DNA of 20,000 nt. It comes from an uncultured virus (IMG/VR IMGVR_UViG_2923146907_000004). Taxonomy: Duplodnaviria; Heunggongvirae; Uroviricota; Caudoviricetes. The DNA is taken from IMG/VR virus record IMGVR_UViG_2923146907_000004, one strand, 5' to 3'. Shown in pieces: positions 1 to 7,300 of the stretch (positions within the stretch are counted from its first letter, which is position 1; every line of letters starts with the position of its first letter). The notes below the pieces were generated by a model. The model did no database searches. It worked only from the letters and a program-made list of their open reading frames with translations, and was not told the origin of the DNA. A program made the position numbers and the translations under genes.

Positions 1-2
1 AG

Positions 3-1655
3 CCGGAAGCCCCTGGCGGCCTGAACATCGACGACCTGCTGGCCGACCTGGACGTGGGCGACATGGACGACCTGCCCGACGCGCCGACCATGATCCCGAT
101 CAACATCCCGGACGCGCCGAGCATGACGGCCATCCCGGTGCCGGAACGCCCGGACATCGACACCACGGTGGAGATTCCCGACGCGCCGCAGATCGCCATG
201 CCGGACATGGAAGCGCTGGAACAGATCCGCCTGCCGGAATTCGTGTTCCCCGAGTTGCCCACGTTCGATGCCACGCCGCCGGACGCGAGCGGGATCACGG
301 TGCCCAACGTCTTCATCAACTGGCTGGAACCGGAGTACCAGTCCGAGGTGCTGGACGAGTTGCAAGCGAAGATCAAGGAACTGATGGCGGGCGGCACCGG
401 CCTGCCTGTACCCATCGAGCAGGCGCTGTTCGCCCGCTCCCGCGAGCGCGACAGCGGTGAAACCACCCGCGCCGTGCAGGAGGCGGTCGATACTTGGGCC
501 GCCCGCAATTTCTCCATGCCGCCGGGGATGCTCGCCAGGCAGGTAGATGTGGTGCGCGAGCAAGGCCGGCTGAAGGCGGCCGAACTGAACCGCGACATCC
601 TGGTGCAAGCGGCCACCTGGGAAATCGAGAACCTGCGCTTCGCCGTGCAGCAGGGCCTGGCCCTCGAGCAGTTGACCGAGAACATGCACCAGAACATGGC
701 GCAGCGCCTGTTCGAGGTCGCCCGCTTCCACGCGGAAAGCCAGATCAACGTGTTCAACGCGCAGATCAGCCTGTTCAACGCGCAGAACGCGGCCTTCGAG
801 ACGCTGGCGCAGGTCTACCGCACCAAGCTGGATGCGGCTATCTCCAAGCTGACTGCCTACAAGACCGCCGTGGAGGGCCAGGTGGCGCTGGGGCAAATCA
901 ACCAGCAGCGCGTCGAGGTGTTCAAGGCCAAGCTGGACGCCGTACAGTCGAGCGTCGAGGTCTACAAGGCGCTGATGCAGGGGGCATCCGTGCGCGCCGA
1001 GACGATCAAGAACCAGTTCGACGCCTACCGCGCAGACGTGCAGGCGTATGCCGAGCAGATCGGCGCCGAGAAGGTCAAGTTCGACGCCTACGAGGCCCGT
1101 GTCAAGGGCGAGTCGGCCAAGGCGGACGTGCTCGATGCGCAGGCCCGCGCCTACGCTTCGACCATTCAGGGGTTGGCGAACAAGGCCGATGTCAAGGTCA
1201 AGGGCGCGCAGATCAAGATGGAGGCGGCGCGCACCAAGGTGTCGAAGTTCTTGGCGGACGTGGACGCCTACAAGGCCACCCTGCAGGCCAACCTGAGCGA
1301 GGTGCAGTACAACACGTCGGTGTTTCAGGCCCAGGTAGAAGCCTGGCGCGCAGCGGCCAGTGCCAACGTGGCCGACGCCGAGATGCAATCGCGCTTTGCC
1401 GACATGAACAGCCGGACCAACATCGCATACGCGGAAATGCAGATCAGCGAGTACACCGCAAAGATGCAGAATGCCGTACAGCAGGCGCAGATCGCCCTGG
1501 AGGCAGCCAAGGCCTTGGGGCAGTACACCGCCCAGCTCGCGGCCGGCGCTATGTCGGCGGCACATGTATCGGCCAGCATCAGTGGCTCAGGAAGTGCTAG
1601 TACAGGTGAAACAAAATCCGAAACAACTTCGACTTCTTATAATTATAATTATTGA
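3..1655 (+). CDS. Phage virion structural/internal protein, Pro/Asp-rich N-terminal part followed by long Ala/Gln-rich coiled coil (5'-truncated)
   Basis: The frame is open from base 3, upstream of the ORF-track start at 54, to TGA at 1653-1655. It has strongly GC-biased third positions, helical heptad-like sequence and a C-terminal SASISGSGS...SYNYNY tail, and lies directly upstream of ejection-type genes. Confidence 0.75.
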   Translation, partial: PEAPGGLNIDDLLADLDVGDMDDLPDAPTMIPINIPDAPSMTAIPVPERPDIDTTVEIPDAPQIAMPDMEALEQIRLPEFVFPELPTFDATPPDASGITVPNVFINWLEPEYQSEVLDELQAKIKELMAGGTGLPVPIEQALFARSRERDSGETTRAVQEAVDTWAARNFSMPPGMLARQVDVVREQGRLKAAELNRDILVQAATWEIENLRFAVQQGLALEQLTENMHQNMAQRLFEVARFHAESQINVFNAQISLFNAQNAAFETLAQVYRTKLDAAISKLTAYKTAVEGQVALGQINQQRVEVFKAKLDAVQSSVEVYKALMQGASVRAETIKNQFDAYRADVQAYAEQIGAEKVKFDAYEARVKGESAKADVLDAQARAYASTIQGLANKADVKVKGAQIKMEAARTKVSKFLADVDAYKATLQANLSEVQYNTSVFQAQVEAWRAAASANVADAEMQSRFADMNSRTNIAYAEMQISEYTAKMQNAVQQAQIALEAAKALGQYTAQLAAGAMSAAHVSASISGSGSASTGETKSETTSTSYNYNY

Positions 1656-1689
1656 TTCTGCGGGTCACGGGACATGGAAGTTTCGTATT

Positions 1690-2040
1690 TTAAGGCTGGT
1701 TGTCTTTTTGAAGATTTTGATATTCTTCCCAAGGTTTTTTTTCTTCGTCATACAGCTTGCTGCATGCAATGAATATCATGCGGCCAGCTAAGTTGCTCGG
1801 TGTCTCCTTTCCTATTGCCATCATGCAATCTCTGCCTGACTTGTAGCCAAATAATCCTCTCCCAGACCCTTGTTCGACCTCTAAGAGTGCATTTGGGTAT
1901 TGGCCTGCGCAAAGACTTATCACCACCCGGGCAGCCTGATCGTTTTGCACTTCTGGCATTTTATCCAAAATGCATGTTGCATAGTCTCCTGCTATTGAAG
2001 AGGTGGAGATAATTGTCAGTAGGAACAATAAATTTCTCAC
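1690..2040 (-). CDS. Secreted/periplasmic four-cysteine moron protein (VF_A0006-like), candidate superinfection exclusion factor
   Basis: GTG start with a GGAG RBS about 10 nt upstream. Sec-type signal peptide MRNLLFLLTIISTSSIA. Two repeats of a C-x(~20)-C unit (YATCILDKMP...SLC; RDCMMAIGK...IAC). AT-rich and antisense to the structural operon. The family name is from recollection. Confidence 0.8.
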   Translation of the reverse strand: MRNLLFLLTIISTSSIAGDYATCILDKMPEVQNDQAARVVISLCAGQYPNALLEVEQGSGRGLFGYKSGRDCMMAIGKETPSNLAGRMIFIACSKLYDEEKKPWEEYQNLQKDNQP

Positions 2041-2113
2041 AAGTACTTTTCTCCGGTTGTGCGCCCGGAATATATAGCTTTTGGTTCATTGGCGGAAAGT
2101 GGATACGCCATAG

Positions 2114-2130
2114 CCCCCTGTAGGGTTCGT
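2114..2130 (+). promoter_or_regulatory. Putative phage late-promoter/activator-binding motif CCCCCTGTAGGG
   Basis: A near-identical motif (CCCCCTGTAAGG) recurs at 15675. Both copies are intergenic and lie 75-95 bp upstream of the first gene of a late module. Confidence 0.5.
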
Positions 2131-2189
2131 CCAAAAATGAGACGAGCAGCAAGATTGAATCTGTATCCAAGCCGTTTTAGAGGCATCCC

Positions 2190-4352
2190 ATGTACGGATT
2201 CAAGAAGGGCGCCAAGCCCAAGCAACGATTTGCAGATGGTGGGCGGGTGCGTGGTCCAGGCACTGGCACCTCCGACGACATCGACACCGAGGTGCCCGCG
2301 GGCAGCTACATCATGCCGGCCGATTCGACCGAGCAGATTGGGGAAGCGGCGTTGCAGGGTATGGGAGCGCCGGTCCCGGTCAGCCTGAGCAACGGCGAGT
2401 ACCAGATGCCTCCCGAGCAGGTTCATGCCGTTGGCGTGCAGGCGCTGGACGCTGTGAAGAATGCCACTCATGTGCCGGTAGCCCAGCAGGCAAAAGGGTT
2501 CTCTCCGCGTAAAAGGGGAGAGAATGGCGCCGAGAAGCCGGAATTGTTCTTCGCCGACGGCGGGGTTGTCGATGAAGAGCGCAAAAAGCAGACCCGTTTC
2601 GACATCACCAACACGCCCGCCGCCCAGCGTGCCGCTGGCGTTGTGCCGGAGGCATCGTCTCCCGTAGCTACCAGCGGCTACAGTGCAGACCCCACCATGG
2701 CAAAGGCGCAGGCCAATATCGATGCTGAACGGCAAGCGATGGCTGTGCATCGCCAGCGCACTGCGGATGCCGCGAATCTCCAGCCGGGAGTGGCACCAGG
2801 CTACAGCGACAACCTCTATACCGCCAACGCCCAGGCACGTTCGGATGCAGCCCGGCAACAACAGGCCATTGCACAGGCCGGACCACTGCCCGATATACCG
2901 TCGACACAAGGCTTCGCGCCATCGCGACAAGGTAATGACCCAGCCAGAGCGGCAAGGATGCAGGCTCAGTTTGATCAACCGGTAACGGGCCCTGCTCGAT
3001 CCAAAGCGGCTGGTTTCACTCCGCAGTACCGTACTGAAGGGCCTGGCTGGCGAACCGACTCGGTTCTCCGCGGGACGGGCGACGACGTAGCGCAGCAGTG
3101 GGCATCGGGTGAGTATGCCCGTGGCTTTGGGACCGGCGTGCGTGGGGCGCTTGCGGCGGTTCCCGCAGCATTCGCTGATGCTGGAGAGGATGTCGGTCGA
3201 TTGGCGGAACCGGTGATCAACTTCGGTAAAGGGCTATTCGGATGGGATGACACTCCGCCGGCGCTTCGTGGTCAGCAAGCAGCCCAGGGTGCAGCGGCGC
3301 CAAGTTCCAGTGCTGCGCCCGGGCGAGGCCAGGTGTTGCCGGCTGCTGGTGCGCCAACCGGAGCGCTGGAGTCGGCGGCGAATACTGGAGCTGCTATGCC
3401 AAGCGCCGGTGGCCCGGACCTGCCCAACAACGTGACGCGGGTGGGCAACAGCTTCTCCGGCACAACAATCCGCCCGGGCTACACCGTTAACGGGGAAGCT
3501 CAAGCTGCGGGGTTCGCCCCAGGTGGTCAGCGGAGTGCTCAAAACCAGCGCGCAGTGGAGAACCTGCTGGCCCGAACGCCTGATGTGGGTATGGGGTTCA
3601 GGCCGAGTTCTGTCTCCCAGGTACCGCCGATGGCCCCGGACGCGTTGGCTCAGTACAACGCCGGTAACTCCGGCGCGCCTCGGGTAACCGTGGTTCCCGA
3701 TAGCTCTCGGGCCGATAGCGTTCGCCAGGCCGCCTTGAATGCAGCCTCAACACCTTATCGCGGTTCGCCGAACGGGCAGTTAACTGCCCGCCAGATCGAC
3801 AACCTGTTCGGGCTCCAGCAGAGCGATGACCGCAATGCTACGTCCCTGGCGAGCACTCGGGCGAATAACGACACGGCCTTGGTGCGGGAGCAGGTGCAAC
3901 AGCAGGGCGCAAATCAGCGCGCGGCTCTACAGGAAATGGGGCAGGGCGCGCGCTTCCTCGCAGCCAACGAACTCGATCGCCAGCGCCTGGCTGGTGAGCA
4001 AGAGGCCAGGGGTTTCCAAACCCGCGCCGCCCAGCGCATCGAGAAGCTGTACGAGCAGTACGACAAGGCTGCTCCCGAAGACCGCGCCGCGATCGCCGAA
4101 CAGATTCGTGTGCTTGCTGGTAAGGACGCTCCGAATCGCTTCACCGTGGTACCTGGCGGCCAGGAGTACGACCCGCAGTCCATGCAACTTCTGACGCGCC
4201 CTGCACGAGTACTCAACAACCAGACCGGCCAATTTATCGACCAGCAAACGCAGTCGGCGCAACCCGTCGCTCCGCGAACTGGTGAGGTGCGAAGTGGATA
4301 CCGGTTCAAGGGAGGGAACCCTGCCGACCAGAATAATTGGGAGAAGGTGTAA
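2190..4352 (+). CDS. Probable internal virion / DNA ejection protein (720 aa)
   Basis: GAGG RBS then ATG. The N-terminal FADGGRVRGPGTGTSDDI...LSNGEY motif is of the type seen in tape-measure and ejection proteins. The body is low-complexity A/G/Q/P sequence with a compact C-terminal GYRFKGGNPADQNNWEKV module. Its stop overlaps the next start (TAATG). Confidence 0.7.
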   Translation: MYGFKKGAKPKQRFADGGRVRGPGTGTSDDIDTEVPAGSYIMPADSTEQIGEAALQGMGAPVPVSLSNGEYQMPPEQVHAVGVQALDAVKNATHVPVAQQAKGFSPRKRGENGAEKPELFFADGGVVDEERKKQTRFDITNTPAAQRAAGVVPEASSPVATSGYSADPTMAKAQANIDAERQAMAVHRQRTADAANLQPGVAPGYSDNLYTANAQARSDAARQQQAIAQAGPLPDIPSTQGFAPSRQGNDPARAARMQAQFDQPVTGPARSKAAGFTPQYRTEGPGWRTDSVLRGTGDDVAQQWASGEYARGFGTGVRGALAAVPAAFADAGEDVGRLAEPVINFGKGLFGWDDTPPALRGQQAAQGAAAPSSSAAPGRGQVLPAAGAPTGALESAANTGAAMPSAGGPDLPNNVTRVGNSFSGTTIRPGYTVNGEAQAAGFAPGGQRSAQNQRAVENLLARTPDVGMGFRPSSVSQVPPMAPDALAQYNAGNSGAPRVTVVPDSSRADSVRQAALNAASTPYRGSPNGQLTARQIDNLFGLQQSDDRNATSLASTRANNDTALVREQVQQQGANQRAALQEMGQGARFLAANELDRQRLAGEQEARGFQTRAAQRIEKLYEQYDKAAPEDRAAIAEQIRVLAGKDAPNRFTVVPGGQEYDPQSMQLLTRPARVLNNQTGQFIDQQTQSAQPVAPRTGEVRSGYRFKGGNPADQNNWEKV

Positions 4353-7300
4353 TGGCCGATACCAGCAAGCCATGGGAAGAGTTCGCGTCTCAACAGTCAG
4401 TAACTGGTGGCGAGAAGCCGTGGGAGGAGTTCGGTGGCGAGACGAAGGAGGAGGGAAGAGGCCTGATCGGGCATGCGCGCGACCTTGGCCTATCCGTGGC
4501 CAAGGGGGTGATTGGGGTTCCGGAAGCGGCTGTTGGCCTCGCTGATATCCCAACAGAGGGCCGCGTAGGTAAGTTCCTCGAGAACCAGGACGGCATGCTC
4601 GGCTTCCGGCCCCGGGAGGCGAAGGATTTCCTGAGTGATCTGCACACCGATCAGTACAAACAGCAACAGCAGGACTTTCAGGATGCTGATGGCGTCGTAG
4701 ACAAGACGCTGCATGCTGTACAGAACCCGTCGATGGTCGTGAACACCGTAGCGGAGTCTTTGCCTTCCATGTTGGCGGGGGGCGCGGTCGGTCGTGGCGT
4801 TCGGGCGCTGGCTCCAGCGTTGGCACCTGTGGCAGCCGGCGCGGCTGGCGAAGGGGCGGTTATGGCTGGTCAGCAAGCAGAGCAGATCCGCCAAGAAACT
4901 GATGACGGCTTGCTCACTCCGGCGCAGTCGGGAGCTGCGGTGGCCACTGGTGTGTTGGGAAGTCTGTTTTCCCTTGCCGGCGGTAGCTTGGCCAAGAAAC
5001 TGGGTATCGGTGATGCGGATACCCTCCTCGCTGGTGGTGCCAACCCAGGACAACTGGTCAGCGAGCTGGCGTCCATGCCGGCGAAGAGCATTCCGCGGAA
5101 GGTGATAGAGGGCGCAATCTCCGAGGGCTTCCTTGAGGAACTGCCACAGTCCGCATCTGAGCAGGTTCTGCAAAACCTGGCGCTGGGACGGGACTGGGCC
5201 AGCGGCCTGGATGAAGCGATGGTAATGGGAACGCTGGCCGGGATGGCCATGGGTGGGCCGGCGGCGGTTCTGCATGGCGGTCAGCCGGCAGCGTCCCGTG
5301 GCCTGGCGGATGCGGACGCTACCTTCGAGAGTACCCCGGGCCTTGAGGGGCAGACTGAGACGACTGCGCCACTGGCACTCCCAGCTCCAGTGTATGAGGC
5401 TGGTTCTGACGGCCAGGTCCGGACCACGGTCGACCAGAACTCCGCTACCCAGGCACAGCGTCAGCAAGAGGCTGAACGTCTGGACCGAATCCGTCGAGGT
5501 GAAGTCACCGATGTGACTCCGGTCCCGGCGGCCCCAAAGCGCTCCGAGCAGATGGGTCTGGACCCGGCTGCTGGGCCACTGTCTGGTGCTGCTGCGCAGG
5601 CCGTGGACAGTGGCGCAACTGACCAGATGGTGCAACAAGCCGCGCTCCAGCAGGCAGCCGAGGAGGCGCAGAAGAGCGGCAGGAAAGGTGATCAGGTCAA
5701 CCCGGAAACCGGTGAGATTACAGCGGAGCAGGGTGATCTGCTGGCATCCGATCCTGTCACCGATCTGCAGGGCCGCCTGGAATTTGTACGCCGGCAAGCC
5801 CGTGCCACCGGATGGGACGCGAAGAAAATCGCCGAGCGCGATCGCTTGCAGGAAGAACTGGACAAGCTCGCGCCACCGCCGGATGCCGGCTACATGCAGC
5901 GCGTCGGTGAGCGCGTGAAGCGTATCGAGGCCGCGCAGAGCCCCGATGAAATTGCCGCGATCCTCGCCGAGGATCAGCAGGATGAGCAGCGCCACCAGAA
6001 CGCCGCTGGCCGGGTGGAGCTAGCCGCCCGTGCTCGCGGCTTCGCCCTGGACCAGGCGGCGCAGCAGCAAGCCCCGACGCCAATCGGTGTGCAGGACGAC
6101 ATCCAGCAGGCCCAAGGCAAGGCTGACACGCAGCAGGCGCAAGCCGCACAACCGGTTGCATCGCCGGCGCCGGCAGCGGAATCCGTACCGGCCGCGTCTG
6201 CGCCTGCGATAGAGGCCGCGAAGCCGTCCAACCTGAAAGACGCCATCGCCAAGGTGCGCCAGGACAAGGCGCAAGCGCCGAAGGCCGAGCCGGTCCAGCA
6301 GACCGCCGCACCCGCCGCCGATCAAGCACGCTACGCCGACCTGGCGCAGCAGTTCAATGCCATGGTTCCGCAGTTGAAGGCGGCGCGCGAGGGCGGCAAC
6401 ACTTCCGAAGTGGAGCGCTTGACCAATGCCATGCGCCCGCTGGACACCGAAATGCGCCAGCTCCAGGCGCGCGAAACCAAGCGCACCTTGGATCTTGGCC
6501 AGCAGGCATCCAAGGCGAAGCTCGAGCAGGAACTGTCCGGCGAGGCCATCGGCACCCGCCGCCGCCCGAGTGAGCACGCGCCGGAGAAGGGCCTGTACTG
6601 GGAAAAGACCGGCACCAATGAATGGACCGGGCGCGGTGCGTGGTTCCAGAAGGGCAAGACCCGCACCGACGCGGACATGGCGCAGTTCGGCGGCACGCTG
6701 GTGATGCCGTCCGAGCAGGCCGCGCAGAAGGCCCCGAGCATCGAAGGCAAGGACATCGGCGAAGGCTGGGCGGAGTTCAGCAAGGAATCGGGCACCGCGG
6801 GTATCCCTCGCGCCGACATGCCGCAGATCAAGGCCGAGCACCGCGGCGCGATGGTGAACTTCCTGAGCGCTCGTGGCGTGCAGCATCAGGAAGAGACAGT
6901 TCCCGCAGATACCCTCAAACCGACGCAGGCGGAGTTCAGCCGGGATAAGGTGGCGAAGGCCAAGGGCTTCGAAGGTGGCAACCGCTCCATTCTGGTGTCG
7001 CGTGACGGCCATGTGCTGGACGGCCATCACCAGTGGATGGCGGCCCGCGACAACGGCGAAGAGGTGAAGGTGATCCGCCTGGATGCCCCCATCCGCGACC
7101 TGGTGAAACTGGCCCACGAATTTCCCAGTTCCACCACCGATGCCAGCAGCGGGCAGGGCGCCACGGTTGAAGCGAAGCAGGTGAGGCCCAAGCCTGAGCC
7201 AGCAGCTCCTGATGTGCCTAAGAAGAAGCCGCGCGGCGTGCTGGCAAAGAGGTTACAGGCCGAGGCCCAGGCCCGCGCCGAATACTTCACCCCCGGCAAC

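Noticed and set aside
494..1600. 368-aa alternative-frame ORF inside the first gene
   Set aside because: Arg/Gly/Pro-rich shadow ORF typical of high-GC coding DNA. The overlapping frame has the proper codon bias.
1638..1652. TATAATTATAAT, two perfect -10 hexamers
   Set aside because: It encodes the terminal YNYNY of the first gene and has no plausible -35 at the correct spacing, so it cannot be supported as a promoter.
4337..4351. ORF-track start of the giant protein at 4337
   Set aside because: ATG 4352 overlaps the upstream stop (TAATG) and follows GAGAAGG, so it is the more plausible start.
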